From: Verrucomicrobiia bacterium
GTDB taxonomy: Bacteria > Patescibacteriota > Saccharimonadia > Saccharimonadales > Saccharimonadaceae
DNA: 62,606 bases
Assembly: GCA_035493555.1 (NCBI GenBank)
Contig: DATJIC010000007.1
Coordinates: forward strand, 1-62,606
Direction of reading: 5' to 3'
The stretch's first letter is position 1, and each line of letters opens with the position of its first letter. The notes below the pieces were generated by a model that was not told the DNA's origin, ran no database searches, and saw only the letters and a list, made by a program, of their open reading frames with translations. Shown piece by piece: positions 45,722 to 56,293 of the stretch. The translations under genes were made by a program, and so were the position numbers.

Positions 45722-46585
45722 ATGGCTACCAAAAAAGCCGCTTCTACTGCTAAAAAATCGACGAACAAAAAGTCGACAGCAGCGAAGCAAACGACAACAA
45801 AAGTAACCACTGTAAAGGCCGTAGAATCACGACCATCCGTACAGGCAGCCTCAGCAACGAAACGACGTTCACTGAAATTCGGTCTTAACCGTACTCCGCT
45901 TGTCGCGGCACTTGTTGCCGAGTTCATCGGAACGTTTATTCTGGCCGGCGCCGTCATCGCTGGACAAGGTCAACCAATTTTGGTTTTCTTTGCCCTCACG
46001 GGTGTCGTGCTAACCGTTGGAGCAATCTCGGGAGGCTACGCTAACCCAGCTCTCGTGCTTGGTTCATGGGTCACGCGCCGTATGACTGGCGTTCGGGCCG
46101 TTGCGTACATCGTTGCCCAAGTACTTGGCGCAATGCTTGCATTGGTCATTCTTGACGCATATGTCAACAATGCACCAGCAGCATCATCGTCGGTATACGG
46201 CACAGCAGCAGAGCTCTTTAAGGCATCAGCCATTCCTCACAATAAAGAATGGTTCATTTTCCTTAGCGAGTTTATCGGCACTATCGTGTTCGGTTTTGCT
46301 GCAGCTAGCGCTACCCGCGAAAAGAAAGACCGTACCGCAGCCGCGCTTACCGTTGGCCTTGGTGCATTCCTTGGTCTTATGATCGCCGGTTCAGCAGCAG
46401 CGCTTCTTGGCGGAAGTGCCATCCTTAACCCAGCTCTTGCTGTTGCCCTCCAGGCAATCAGCTTCTCGAGCGTATGGCCTATCCTGGTATACGTTGTCGG
46501 AGCAGGACTCGGTGGCATTATCGGATTCGTACTCTACGACCTCGTTCGTGGCAACGAAGAACCAGAAGAAAAAGCAGCGTTCTAG
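45722..46585 (+). CDS. MIP-family channel (aquaporin/glycerol facilitator) with a Lys/Ser/Thr-rich N-terminal extension
   Basis: 287 aa with two NPA boxes (GGYANPALV and AILNPALA). AAGGAGGG lies 6 nt upstream of the ATG. Confidence 0.85.
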   Translation: MATKKAASTAKKSTNKKSTAAKQTTTKVTTVKAVESRPSVQAASATKRRSLKFGLNRTPLVAALVAEFIGTFILAGAVIAGQGQPILVFFALTGVVLTVGAISGGYANPALVLGSWVTRRMTGVRAVAYIVAQVLGAMLALVILDAYVNNAPAASSSVYGTAAELFKASAIPHNKEWFIFLSEFIGTIVFGFAAASATREKKDRTAAALTVGLGAFLGLMIAGSAAALLGGSAILNPALAVALQAISFSSVWPILVYVVGAGLGGIIGFVLYDLVRGNEEPEEKAAF

Positions 46586-46601
46586 TAACCTGCTCATCAA
46601 T

Positions 46602-46631
46602 AAAAAACCTCGCCGTTACGCGAGGTTTTTT
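46602..46631. terminator. bidirectional terminator between the convergent aquaporin and rmuC genes
   Basis: The sequence is AAAAAACCTCGC-loop-GCGAGGTTTTTT, with A/T runs flanking a GC stem. Confidence 0.65.
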
Positions 46632-46640
46632 ATTTATTGT

Positions 46641-47714
46641 TTATTCGCCATCGCGGGGCCGGTCAAGCAGCTGCGGCTCAACCGATGGGTCATTCCCTGC
46701 AATCTTTACGATGTCTTTGTCTACCTTGCCAAGCTCTTTATGAGCGGCATTGTAGTGGCCAACCGTCGTCCCTAGGGCATTGCCCAGTTTTTGCATGTAC
46801 ACCTCGAACTTGCCAATGTGCTGACCTAGCTTGCCAACACGTATTTGGATGTCTTTTGCCTGCTCTTCAATCTGGAGGCTGCGAAGACCCTGAAGTACCG
46901 TCTGCAAATACGCCATAAAGCTGGTCGGACTGACGATAATAACGTGCTTGTCACGAAAAGCGTATTCTATAAGGTCACGCGAACTTCCCGCCGTTCCTAC
47001 ATTGTTTATGAGCAAATCGTAATAGAGCGACTCGCTGGGAATAAACATAAAAGCAAAGTCCATCGTATTTTCAGCAGGGCGAATGTACTTACTTGTTTCA
47101 TCAATCCGTCCTTTAAGGTCTGTCTTAATTTTTTGCATCAGTCTGTCGCGCTCGGTTTTATCCCGAGTTTCGATAAGGCGGTTATAATTTTCAAGACTAA
47201 ATTTACTATCGACGGGCAGCACCCTCCCTTTTTCTAGAAAAATGGCCGCGTCTACTATTTCGCCGTCATTAAATTTGTACTGCATCTGAAACTGCCCAGG
47301 CGCCATGACGTTCTCGAGTACCGACTGTAGGTAGTATTCGCCGAACACACCGCGCTGCTTAGGATTCTGCAATACGTTCTGCAGTGTTTTTAGTTCGTCG
47401 GCAACGTCAACGACACGCCGGTTTGTCTCGTCTAACTTGGTAAGACGCTGCGTCACGTCGGCGACTAACTTTGCGCTTTCGCTAAGCTGCTTTTGAAGGG
47501 ACAGCTGCATACTTGCATTGCCGCGCTCCAATTTATCACCCATTGACTGCTGCAAAAGCCCAATACTCCGGGTAAGTTCTGTCACGTCTGATTTAACCAT
47601 CTCTACGGCGCTAGAATTTTTTAATTCGCGCAGGCGCTGGTTGAGGTAAAAAATCACAGCGGCAAAACCTGCCACGATGACAGCAAGAATAATAAGTAAA
47701 AATATTTGGCTCAT
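46641..47714 (-). CDS. rmuC: DNA recombination protein RmuC
   Basis: 357 aa. An N-terminal TM segment and a coiled coil precede the RmuC nuclease-like core (VDAAIFL...PVDSKF, FMFIPSE). Confidence 0.8.
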   Translation of the reverse strand: MSQIFLLIILAVIVAGFAAVIFYLNQRLRELKNSSAVEMVKSDVTELTRSIGLLQQSMGDKLERGNASMQLSLQKQLSESAKLVADVTQRLTKLDETNRRVVDVADELKTLQNVLQNPKQRGVFGEYYLQSVLENVMAPGQFQMQYKFNDGEIVDAAIFLEKGRVLPVDSKFSLENYNRLIETRDKTERDRLMQKIKTDLKGRIDETSKYIRPAENTMDFAFMFIPSESLYYDLLINNVGTAGSSRDLIEYAFRDKHVIIVSPTSFMAYLQTVLQGLRSLQIEEQAKDIQIRVGKLGQHIGKFEVYMQKLGNALGTTVGHYNAAHKELGKVDKDIVKIAGNDPSVEPQLLDRPRDGE

Positions 47715-47732
47715 GCTTTTAGTATACCACTG

Positions 47733-48221
47733 TTACTGAAGGCTAAGGACCAGCCGCACGCCAGCGATCAGTGCGATAAGAAGCACAAGAACCAGCCAAA
47801 AAGACTTAAGGCGGGCCACCCATGCAAAAGCACCATAGGCAAACGCATACAAAAGAATTGCGGAAAGGCCAATGCCATACCAAGGCAACAAGCCGGCAAG
47901 ACTGACAATACCCCAAAGACTAATCGTAGCTGCCAGGACCACAAGAAGAGGCCGGAACACCTGAAGCTTCACCAAAAAGAATAACCCAACACCCGCTCCA
48001 ATAATTGTCGCTGCCGTCTCGGCATATTGTACCGTCCCTGTACAGGTAAGCGTTGTATTGCCTTTGCAGAGTATAGCGCTTAAGACATAAGTATCTAGAA
48101 TAACCGAAAGTCCCCATACGACAAAACCAACCACAGCGCCCAGCACAAGAATAGCCATCATTTTACTGGCGTCAATCGGCATAAATGGCATCTGCTTATC
48201 CTCTTGGTAGACATCGTTCAT
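47733..48221 (-). CDS. hypothetical polytopic membrane protein
   Basis: 162 aa with about 4 TM segments and a Cys-containing loop (CKGNTTLTCTG). Confidence 0.45.
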   Translation of the reverse strand: MNDVYQEDKQMPFMPIDASKMMAILVLGAVVGFVVWGLSVILDTYVLSAILCKGNTTLTCTGTVQYAETAATIIGAGVGLFFLVKLQVFRPLLVVLAATISLWGIVSLAGLLPWYGIGLSAILLYAFAYGAFAWVARLKSFWLVLVLLIALIAGVRLVLSLQ

Positions 48222-48256
48222 CTAAAACATACCCCTTTATAAGTAAGCCTATTGTA

Positions 48257-48757
48257 CTAGCTTTTTGTCTTTTTCGCTAGAGACGGTGCTGCTATCGTAC
48301 CCTGTTGCAAATACCAAAGCGCACCCACGCTGGCAACTAGCAAACCTCCTATAACATCCAGCGGAGTATGGACGAGAGCGAGCACCCGGCCGACACAAAC
48401 GCAAATCGTGAGCACTGCCAAGGTAATTGCTATGCCCTTTCGTTTTGTCTCAAACCATACGGCGAGCGTTAAAAAGGCCGTAAATAAAGCGTGGTCCGAT
48501 GGAAAGCCTGGATTATTAAGATACGACGCATCTGGCGCCACCCCTAAAACCTGAAACGGTCGTTCACCCGAGGGCTGGTATACCGAGGCAAGGAGCTTCG
48601 CAATGAGATACGCTGTTAGCCCAGCCATTAAAATTCGCGCATATGCTTCGAACCTATGACCCTTTGGGACCAAAAAAAGCAGGGCGTATCCTGCTAACGC
48701 GATAATTGGAACAATAGCGCCGTCTGCTAAGAGCTTTATAAAAAACTGGGCCGTCAT
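48257..48757 (-). CDS. PAP2-family phosphatase (undecaprenyl-diphosphatase-like)
   Basis: 166 aa with PAP2 motifs PSDH (GFPSDHALF) and SRxxxxxHxxxD-like (GRVLALVHTPLDVIGG). Confidence 0.75.
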   Translation of the reverse strand: MTAQFFIKLLADGAIVPIIALAGYALLFLVPKGHRFEAYARILMAGLTAYLIAKLLASVYQPSGERPFQVLGVAPDASYLNNPGFPSDHALFTAFLTLAVWFETKRKGIAITLAVLTICVCVGRVLALVHTPLDVIGGLLVASVGALWYLQQGTIAAPSLAKKTKS

Positions 48758-48791
48758 ACCTTTAAGTATACAACGAAAGGTTTATAGGTAG

Positions 48792-49163
48792 CTAGCCTAA
48801 GCGTCCGCTTCTCGCCAAAACGTAACGTTCAATACGCTGCGACGTCCATCCTCTATGGCGAAGTTCGTCTTTTAATTTGCCGAGCAGTGCAAGCCTGAAA
48901 GCTCTTTCGCTCGTAAAGCCGCTTTGGCGTGCAATCTCGGCAAATGTCATTCTTTTTTGTTTGGCACGAAACACAAACGGACTAATACCAAGCAGTTCGG
49001 CCCTAAGCTCCGCTTTACGGTCGTGATGCTGAAGAATGCGATCAAACTGCGTTTCCTGGTGCCGCTGTCTTTTTGGCTTTTTCCCTATGCCCGGTGCCGC
49101 CACCATAACTGCAGTCACCAGTAGCAGCGATGCAAGCGTCTTGGTTGATATTCGCATGTTCAA
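48792..49163 (-). CDS. hypothetical secreted basic protein
   Basis: 123 aa with an N-terminal signal-like segment. AAGGAGG lies upstream. Confidence 0.45.
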   Translation of the reverse strand: MNMRISTKTLASLLLVTAVMVAAPGIGKKPKRQRHQETQFDRILQHHDRKAELRAELLGISPFVFRAKQKRMTFAEIARQSGFTSERAFRLALLGKLKDELRHRGWTSQRIERYVLARSGRLG

Positions 49164-49252
49164 CCTCCTTATAAGCGGGCTTAAGAAATCGCTTATACTT
49201 TTAGTATAGAACGTGAAAATATGTGAAAAAAATGTATTTTATACAACAGATG

Positions 49253-49972
49253 CTACCCTGTTGTCACACCAAATACGTATCCAATACCATACGTTACTAC
49301 AGAAGCCAGAACGACAATAAGGAACTGCCGCACCGCACCGCGCATGATATTTTTACCACTGGATAGGCTGATGTATCCGCCCACGATCAGGCTTCCGAGC
49401 GCTGTAAGAATAATAGAAGCCCACACCGCGCCCATACCACCTCCAAAAAACCATGGAATAATTGGCGCTGCCGCGCCTACGGTAAAGAGCACGAACGAGG
49501 AGATCGCAGCTACCCATGGCGAACCGAGCTCGTCGGGGTTAAAGCCCATAACCTGGCGGGCATAGGCCTCCATAAGATGATGGTCGTTTGCGGCGATCTC
49601 CTCTGCGGCTTTATCAGCTGTCGCATCGTGGTGTCCTGTTTTTGAAAGGCTGTCCGACAGCTGGTCAACCAGGAGTGGGCGATCTTCGGCGATAAGCCTG
49701 CGGATATCTTTTAAAACCCCCGTAAATAGCTCGACTTGGCTTTTTACCGAAATCCACTCGCCTGCAGCCATACTTACGGCACCTGCGATCACGCCGGCAA
49801 AGCCGGCTAAGAGAACGCTTTTTGAGCTCCCGCCGGCACCCGCAACACCAAGCACCAAACAAAGCACGCTGACAAGCCCGTCATTCACGCCCAAAACGGC
49901 CGCACGTGCCCCGCCGCGCTGTACTTGCAGGGCACGTTTTGCTAATAGTTCACTGTCTTGTCTTTTATCCAT
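49253..49972 (-). CDS. VIT1/CCC1-family iron/manganese transporter
   Basis: 239 aa. It has the GVNDGLVSV motif, a cytosolic helical insert and C-terminal TM segments. Confidence 0.8.
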   Translation of the reverse strand: MDKRQDSELLAKRALQVQRGGARAAVLGVNDGLVSVLCLVLGVAGAGGSSKSVLLAGFAGVIAGAVSMAAGEWISVKSQVELFTGVLKDIRRLIAEDRPLLVDQLSDSLSKTGHHDATADKAAEEIAANDHHLMEAYARQVMGFNPDELGSPWVAAISSFVLFTVGAAAPIIPWFFGGGMGAVWASIILTALGSLIVGGYISLSSGKNIMRGAVRQFLIVVLASVVTYGIGYVFGVTTG

Positions 49973-50019
49973 AGCTACAGTATAGCATCGCTACCTCTAT
50001 AAAATACAGGCAAGAGGTT

Positions 50020-52398
50020 CTAAACTTCCCACTTCCAGTCACGTATTTCCGGCAAATCAACCCCATGCTTATCGATGTACTGACGGTGCTCAACCAGCTT
50101 CCTCTCCATTGCCTGCTTCAGGTAGTCACCCTTTGCGCCAAGCTGCGGCAAACGGTCGATTGTATCGATAACAAGGTGGAACCGATCGATGTCGTTCAGG
50201 ACGGTCATATCAAAGGCGGTCGTAATCGTTCCTTCTTCTTTGTAGCCGCGAACATGCAAGTTACGGTTAGTGCGGCGGTACGTTAAGCGGTGGATTAGCC
50301 ATGGGTATCCGTGGTAGGCAAAGATGATATGCTTGTCCCGCGTAAAGATCGAGTCGTAGTCGACGTCGCTTAACCCGTGCGGGCTTTCCGACTCGGGCTC
50401 AAGTTTCATAAGATCGACGACGTTCACCACCCGGATCTTAAGTTCAGGTAATGCGGTCCGCAAAATCGAAACGGCGGCAAGCGTTTCTTGGGTGGGTACG
50501 TCACCAGCACACGCCATAACAACGTCGGGTTCGCTGTCTTCATCGTTACTTGCCCATTGCCAAATACCAATGCCCTGCGTACAGTGCGCGATAGCCTCGT
50601 CCATGGTCAAAAACTGAGGCGCTTCCTCGTGCTTGCCACAGATCATAAGGTTAACGTAATTTTCGCTGCGCAAACAGTGATCCATTACCGAAAGCATCGT
50701 GTTGGCATCGGGCGGCAAGTACACGCGAACCGTCTCGCCCTTTTTATTTACCAAGTGATCGATAAAACCAGGGTCCTGGTGGGTAAAGCCGTTATGGTCC
50801 TGCCGCCAAACATGCGATGTTAGCAGATAGTTGAGCGAAGCAATATTAGAACGCCACGGAAGCTCCGATGACATTTTAAGCCACTTTGCGTGCTGGTTAA
50901 GCATAGAGTCCACAATACGGATAAATGCCTCGTAACTGTGGAACAAGCCGTGGCGCCCGGTAAGCAGGTAGCCTTCAAGCCAGCCCTCGCACTGGTGCTC
51001 GCTAAGCATAGAATCCATCACCCTGCCATCTGGGGCGAGATACTCGTCGTTAGGCCGCGTCTCGGCATCCCACTGGCGGTTCGTCGCTTCAAAGACAGCT
51101 CCTAAACGGTTAGATAGCGTTTCGTCGGGGCTAAATATACGAAAGTTACGCCGCTCATCATTATGAATGATAATATCGCGAAGAAACGGTGCAAGCGCAC
51201 GCATACTGCTCGTTTGAACCGCCGTTGGCGCCGAAACTTCCACCGCATAATTACGAAAATCAGGCATATTGAGCGCGTGGAGCAGCTTACCGCCGTTTGT
51301 GTGCGGGTTTGCCCCCATGCGACGATCCCCCTCGGGCGCAAGCTCGGCCAGTTCGGGCAAAAGCCTCCCGTTTTCATCGAACAGTTCTTCGGGCCGGTAG
51401 CTTTTTAGCCAGTCCTCGAGCTGTCTCAGATGCTCTTTTGGCGCGCCCTCGCCAACGAGCAGCGGCACCTGGTGCGACCGGAACGTCCCTTCGTTTTGCA
51501 GCCCATCAATCTCTTTTGGTCCCGTCCACCCCTTAGGCGAATTAAAGACAATCATCGGCCAACGCGGACGCTCTGCTTGGGTGCCCTTAAGCGCTCTTTG
51601 CTTAATCTGTTTAATATCTTTCGTCACCATGTCCATAACGGCCGCCATGCGCTGGTGCATTTTTTCAGGATCACCACCCTCGACAAAATACGGCGTCCAG
51701 CCATAGCCGCGCATCAGTTGTTCCAGCTCTGTCCGGCTGATACGGGCAAGGACGGTTGGGTTAGAGATTTTATATCCGTTAAGGTGAAGTATCGGCAGCA
51801 CGACACCGTCGGTCTTTGGGTTAAGAAACTTATTGGAGTGCCATGCAGTGGCAAGAGGACCAGTCTCGGCCTCGCCATCACCAACAATACATGCCGCAAT
51901 GAGATCCGGATTATCAAACACCGCACCAAACGCGTGGCTCAGCGAATACCCTAACTCGCCGCCCTCATGTATAGAACCGGGGGTTTGCGGTGACACATGG
52001 CTCGACACGCCACCCGGAAAAGAAAACTGCTGGAAAAGCTTTTTAAGACCTTCTTCGTCCTGTGTAATATTAGGGTACACTTCACTGTAGGTCCCCTCAA
52101 GATACACGTTTCCTACAAGGGCCGGACCGCCGTGGCCAGGGCCGGAAATATAAATCATATTCAGGTCATCATTTTTAATCACACGGTTAAGGTGTGCGTA
52201 AATAAAGTTCTGGCCGGGCGTTGTTCCCCAGTGGCCCAAAAGCAGTTGCTTTACGTGAGACGGCTCAAGAGGCTCTTTTAATAGCGGGTTGTCGCACAGG
52301 TAAATCTGGCCTACCGAAAGGTAGTTTGCAGCCCTCCAATAGGCATCGATTTTGTGCAGGTACGTTTTACTTAGTGGTTTATTATTTGTTAGCTTCAT
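50020..52398 (-). CDS. xfp: xylulose-5-phosphate/fructose-6-phosphate phosphoketolase
   Basis: 792 aa. It contains [22 protein letters not shown] and GDGEAETGP (ThDP), the hallmark XFP motifs. Confidence 0.95.
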   Translation of the reverse strand: MKLTNNKPLSKTYLHKIDAYWRAANYLSVGQIYLCDNPLLKEPLEPSHVKQLLLGHWGTTPGQNFIYAHLNRVIKNDDLNMIYISGPGHGGPALVGNVYLEGTYSEVYPNITQDEEGLKKLFQQFSFPGGVSSHVSPQTPGSIHEGGELGYSLSHAFGAVFDNPDLIAACIVGDGEAETGPLATAWHSNKFLNPKTDGVVLPILHLNGYKISNPTVLARISRTELEQLMRGYGWTPYFVEGGDPEKMHQRMAAVMDMVTKDIKQIKQRALKGTQAERPRWPMIVFNSPKGWTGPKEIDGLQNEGTFRSHQVPLLVGEGAPKEHLRQLEDWLKSYRPEELFDENGRLLPELAELAPEGDRRMGANPHTNGGKLLHALNMPDFRNYAVEVSAPTAVQTSSMRALAPFLRDIIIHNDERRNFRIFSPDETLSNRLGAVFEATNRQWDAETRPNDEYLAPDGRVMDSMLSEHQCEGWLEGYLLTGRHGLFHSYEAFIRIVDSMLNQHAKWLKMSSELPWRSNIASLNYLLTSHVWRQDHNGFTHQDPGFIDHLVNKKGETVRVYLPPDANTMLSVMDHCLRSENYVNLMICGKHEEAPQFLTMDEAIAHCTQGIGIWQWASNDEDSEPDVVMACAGDVPTQETLAAVSILRTALPELKIRVVNVVDLMKLEPESESPHGLSDVDYDSIFTRDKHIIFAYHGYPWLIHRLTYRRTNRNLHVRGYKEEGTITTAFDMTVLNDIDRFHLVIDTIDRLPQLGAKGDYLKQAMERKLVEHRQYIDKHGVDLPEIRDWKWEV

Positions 52399-53599
52399 AA
52401 TCTCCTCTTTCCATCAGTTGCAGTGATTGCCGGGCAATAGTTAATGATTCGTCCGTGGGCATGACCCGCACCGTCACGCCGCCTCCCTCGGGCGAGATGA
52501 CCTCGGCCATGCGCCCGTTTTTTACCGGATCTACCGATATCCCTAAAAATTCCAGCCCCTCGCATACCCGCGCCCTTATCTTAGGGGCGTTCTCGCCCAT
52601 CCCGCCAGTAAAAACAAGCGTATCAATTCCGCCAAGTGCAGCCGCAAGGGCCCCGATACTCTTTTTTATGCCGTAACAAAACACAGCAACCGCCTCTTTG
52701 GCGCGCTCATCTTTTTCTTCTTGTTCGAGTAGTAGTTTCATATCGGCCGTTGTCTCGGACATGCCCAGAAGCCCCGATTGCGCCGTGACCATAGTGTCAA
52801 ACTCCGCCGCCGTTTGCCCTTCAGTATCGGCAAGATACCGTACGATTCCAGGGTCAAGGTCGCCCGACCGCGTGCTCATAGGCACCCCAGCCGCGGGCGT
52901 GAGCGCCATGGTCGTATCTACCGATTGCCTGTTTTTGACCGCCGTAAGGCTCACGCCATTACCAAGGTGCGCAATAAGCACCCTGCCATTCGCCGCCTCA
53001 GGCCCGGCAATCGTCTCCAGCTCATCAATGATATACGCGCACGACAACCCATGAAAACCATACCTGCGAATACCTTTTGTGTCGTACTTTCTTGGAATCG
53101 GCAAAAGCTGGGCTGCTCGCGGCAAATCTTTATGAAACGACGTGTCAAAGCAGGCAATCTGGGCAACGCCTGGATACTCCTTAGTAAATGCCGCGACCAG
53201 CGCCAGCTCGTCGGGCATATGAATAGGGTCGAATTTTATAACTTTTTGCAGCGTTGCTACGGTAGTATCCGTAATTAGTTGGGGGTCCTGGTAGTACGGA
53301 CCGCCATGAACAATGCGGTGGCCAACAGCAAGCAGTTCCTCGGTCGGCACATGCTCGTTAAGCCAAGACATAACTACCTTTACTGCCGCCACGCAATCGG
53401 AGGCATGGATAGGCTTTTCCGTTTTTTTACCGCTAGCAATTTCGGTAATAGCAAGCTGGGCCGACGGCCACCCTATAGACGAAACGGCCCCACTAAATAC
53501 GGCAGCCGGCTTTTGGTTACTACCTACCGTATATAAAGCAAACTTAATGCTCGATGAGCCAGCATTAATAGTCAGGATATACGGCCGCCGGATATTCAT
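52382..53599 (-). CDS. ackA: acetate kinase
   Basis: 405 aa. It contains [29 protein letters not shown] and FTGGMGEN. Its end overlaps the xfp start by 17 nt. Confidence 0.95.
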   Translation of the reverse strand: MNIRRPYILTINAGSSSIKFALYTVGSNQKPAAVFSGAVSSIGWPSAQLAITEIASGKKTEKPIHASDCVAAVKVVMSWLNEHVPTEELLAVGHRIVHGGPYYQDPQLITDTTVATLQKVIKFDPIHMPDELALVAAFTKEYPGVAQIACFDTSFHKDLPRAAQLLPIPRKYDTKGIRRYGFHGLSCAYIIDELETIAGPEAANGRVLIAHLGNGVSLTAVKNRQSVDTTMALTPAAGVPMSTRSGDLDPGIVRYLADTEGQTAAEFDTMVTAQSGLLGMSETTADMKLLLEQEEKDERAKEAVAVFCYGIKKSIGALAAALGGIDTLVFTGGMGENAPKIRARVCEGLEFLGISVDPVKNGRMAEVISPEGGGVTVRVMPTDESLTIARQSLQLMERGDYEANK

Positions 53600-53605
53600 A
53601 TGCCT

Positions 53606-53614
53606 ATAATAGCA
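53606..53614 (-). promoter_or_regulatory. extended -10 box TGCTATTAT 6 nt upstream of the ackA ATG (leaderless)
   Basis: The reverse complement of 53600-53614 is TGCTATTATAGGCAT, followed by the ATG at 53599. There is no SD sequence. Confidence 0.45.
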
Positions 53615-53652
53615 AACCTCTTACGGTTTTCGCATGTGAGCGAGGTCACACT

Positions 53653-54321
53653 TTAGGCAATTGAAAGAGAAAGTTCTTCGATTTCCTCGAAACTCTCCAA
53701 AACACGGTCGGCACGCTCTACCACCGATGGCCGTGAAACATGCTGGGTAAACACCCAAAATTCATCCGCAAGGCCCTGTGCCCGCACCTCGTAATCAGTA
53801 AAACCATCTCCAACCATAATAATCGGGCCAGGCAGCTGCAGTGCGGCAACCTGCGCCACTTTTCCTTTTGATCGGGAAAGAAGCGCCGTGTCGTCAAACC
53901 CCGTAATGGTGCCGTTTTCATCATAAACAAACTTGTTAGCAAATACGTGAGAGCGGGCAATCCCGAGCTCTTCTACCACTGGCACGATATAGTCGCTAAA
54001 TCCTCCCGAAACCACGTAAATGTTGTCGGCATTCTCTTCAAACCACTCCTCAAGCTCCAAAGCGGAGTCGGTAATGGCGTCTTTTAAAATCTCCACAAGT
54101 TCCGCAACGTGGCTTTTGTTTGCCGTAAATAGCTCAAGCCGGCGGCGGAGTGATTCATCAAACGCCAGCCCGCCGTTCATTCCCTGATTTGTAATAGCAT
54201 GAAGCTGCGCCAGTTTTGTTTCTCGATCGGGCTGGTGCTCAAGGCCAAGCCGCGCCAATTCGTCAAGTGATTCAACGCTTACGAGGGTCGAGTCAAAGTC
54301 TAAGATATACGTTAAATCCAT
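53653..54321 (-). CDS. HAD-superfamily phosphatase (phosphoserine phosphatase-like)
   Basis: I start it at the ATG at 54321 (MDLTYILDFDSTLV, HAD motif I DxDxT). It also has VVSGG (motif II) and GDGFTD (motif IV). The longer track ORF adds an implausible Cys-rich leader. Confidence 0.7.
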   Translation of the reverse strand: MDLTYILDFDSTLVSVESLDELARLGLEHQPDRETKLAQLHAITNQGMNGGLAFDESLRRRLELFTANKSHVAELVEILKDAITDSALELEEWFEENADNIYVVSGGFSDYIVPVVEELGIARSHVFANKFVYDENGTITGFDDTALLSRSKGKVAQVAALQLPGPIIMVGDGFTDYEVRAQGLADEFWVFTQHVSRPSVVERADRVLESFEEIEELSLSIA

Positions 54322-54382
54322 ACACATAACATACGTACATTTGCTGCAGAGCGCAAGCATAGGCAATTTTAAATCCTTGTAG

Positions 54383-54388
54383 TATAAT
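54383..54388 (+). promoter_or_regulatory. -10 box TATAAT 9 nt upstream of the ATG at 54398
   Basis: The sequence reads GTAGTATAATTGCCCTACTATG with no SD sequence. Confidence 0.35.
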
Positions 54389-54397
54389 TGCCCTACT

Positions 54398-54658
54398 ATG
54401 GCACTCATTATTCACATCATCATTGCGCTTACAAGTATCGGGTTTACGACACTGCTTTTTATCGTTCCTTCAAAAACCAAATTCAATGTAAACTACGCGC
54501 TGATAGCGCTTACGCTTGCCAGCGGAACCTACTTGGTAGTCAGCACAAATGCACCCATGCTTAAATCGTGCATGAGCGGCCTGCTTTACATTAGCGTCGT
54601 TACTCTTGGCACCATTGCCGCACGTTACAAATACGCACGGCAACAAACTGCTTTATAA
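54398..54658 (+). CDS. small 3-TM membrane protein (hypothetical)
   Basis: 86 aa and almost entirely hydrophobic. Confidence 0.4.
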   Translation: MALIIHIIIALTSIGFTTLLFIVPSKTKFNVNYALIALTLASGTYLVVSTNAPMLKSCMSGLLYISVVTLGTIAARYKYARQQTAL

Positions 54659-54662
54659 AGAT

Positions 54663-55139
54663 TCACAGTTTTCCGAGTACCGGTAGCGGAAACTCGCGTT
54701 CTTTATATTTTTTGTATAAGGCAATACTGTCCAGATGGTCAAAAGCTATCTCACTATCTTCAGGAAGTGAATCCAACGGGAACCATTTCACTTCTTCGCT
54801 TTCCCAGTCAGCCTCGCCCGTCTTTTCAATGGCATCGGCTATATAAATAAAGTCTATATTTTGTCTGTCCTCGTGCGGACGGTTTGGATTATCGTTAATG
54901 CGAAGTAGCCGAAGGTTATTAACAACCCAGCCAGACTCTTCCATTGCTTCACGGATACCTGTCTCAATGGTTGTCTCGTCGCGGTCACAGTAGCCGCCCA
55001 AAAGACACCACTTGCCCGCCTCGAGCAATCCTTCAGCGCGCTTAGAGAGCAAAATCTCATCGTTACGGATAACCAAACAGCCTACCGTCACATGGCGGAG
55101 GCTGTTTTGGTTGCCGTTTTCAAACGTGCAGGTGATCAT
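54663..55139 (-). CDS. NUDIX hydrolase
   Basis: 158 aa with the Nudix box GGYCDRDETTIETGIREAMEESG (GX5EX7REUXEEXGU). Confidence 0.85.
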   Translation of the reverse strand: MITCTFENGNQNSLRHVTVGCLVIRNDEILLSKRAEGLLEAGKWCLLGGYCDRDETTIETGIREAMEESGWVVNNLRLLRINDNPNRPHEDRQNIDFIYIADAIEKTGEADWESEEVKWFPLDSLPEDSEIAFDHLDSIALYKKYKEREFPLPVLGKL

Positions 55140-55142
55140 AGG

Positions 55143-55553
55143 TTATTCGACGTCAGTACTTTTGCTATTAAGCGTAAATAGCTTAGCAAGCCCTACGGCA
55201 ATAAGCGCATATACCACAATAGCAACAAGGCTACTTAGCTCAAAGACCGACTGGCCGTAGCTTGGCTGGTAATTAAATACTCCATAAAATGGCCAGGCGA
55301 AAATGCCGCTTAACCAGTAGGTAAAGTCGACAAAGCCCGAGCCTTTATTTGCCGCGAGCAGTAACAATACGATACGCAGAGCGAGCAAGGCAACAATTAC
55401 TCCAAAAATATAATAAACGATTCGCCTGGCAATGATGCCCATATCTACTTTTGAGGCAGTGGTAACGCTTTGGCGCTGAACTGTCGTGTTCCCCTGACGC
55501 TCTTTTGTGTTTCTTACTTCGGTTGTCTGTTGATCACGTTCTTCATCTATCAT
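55143..55553 (-). CDS. hypothetical membrane protein (YggT-like?)
   Basis: 136 aa with a polar N-terminus and then 3 TM segments. AAGGGGAA lies upstream of the ATG. Confidence 0.4.
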   Translation of the reverse strand: MIDEERDQQTTEVRNTKERQGNTTVQRQSVTTASKVDMGIIARRIVYYIFGVIVALLALRIVLLLLAANKGSGFVDFTYWLSGIFAWPFYGVFNYQPSYGQSVFELSSLVAIVVYALIAVGLAKLFTLNSKSTDVE

Positions 55554-55639
55554 GCAACATTCCCCTTATTACTTGTGCTTTTAGCGTAGCACAAAAGCAG
55601 TGGCAAGCGCAAAAACGGCGGTAATTGACTCTTTGGCCC

Positions 55640-56242
55640 CTACCAAAGGTCCGATATCTTAACACGCAGCATGCTGGCCGCCGCATACTGCACGGCAAAG
55701 AACACTATACTAAAACAAGCCAACCCACACCCAATAATAACCGCAATGGAATAATCAATAGACTGCTTTCCCAGCAGCCCCGAGGCAACCGTTAACACAA
55801 CTGGCACCATGACCACCAATGCTTTAACAGCGATAATCAGCTTCGATGCTATCTTTACGCGGGCTTTCGGAGTGTCTTTTTTGTGTTGGGCTTTAATAAC
55901 CATCGGCACCATAGTCGCGGTTGTCTTGTGCACGGCTTTATTACTGGTTTTTACGATATTCATAGGTATTTTAATGAGCATATAGATAGTTAGTACTATC
56001 ATGGCCACTACAACGATTATAATAATCGCAATCTGAACCGGCGCAGGCAAAGTAAACGTAAAGCTAGGAGCTTGGTTGACTTGGCCGCTATCCCGTGAAG
56101 AGATGAACAAAATGAACGGCTGCACCACGCTAAAATACAGCATAACCGCCCAAAACCATTGGAGCGCACAAAACAAATACCCCAGCGCACCAAAGCCGTT
56201 GCTAATTGTTTTTTTAATCGTCCGTTCGGGCTTTTGCCTCAT
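55640..56242 (-). CDS. hypothetical polytopic membrane protein
   Basis: 200 aa with about 5 TM segments and no recognisable motif. Confidence 0.45.
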   Translation of the reverse strand: MRQKPERTIKKTISNGFGALGYLFCALQWFWAVMLYFSVVQPFILFISSRDSGQVNQAPSFTFTLPAPVQIAIIIIVVVAMIVLTIYMLIKIPMNIVKTSNKAVHKTTATMVPMVIKAQHKKDTPKARVKIASKLIIAVKALVVMVPVVLTVASGLLGKQSIDYSIAVIIGCGLACFSIVFFAVQYAAASMLRVKISDLW

Positions 56243-56293
56243 GGACTTAGCATACTAAATTGTATGCGTTTTACACAACAAAAACAGTAGCGG

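Noticed and set aside
49173-49200. The hairpin TATAAGCG-N12-CGCTTATA upstream of the 48792 gene, considered as a riboswitch or attenuator
   Set aside because: It is an isolated 8-bp stem directly abutting the SD sequence. It is more simply a weak terminator for the upstream VIT1 gene, and I recognise no conserved riboswitch core.
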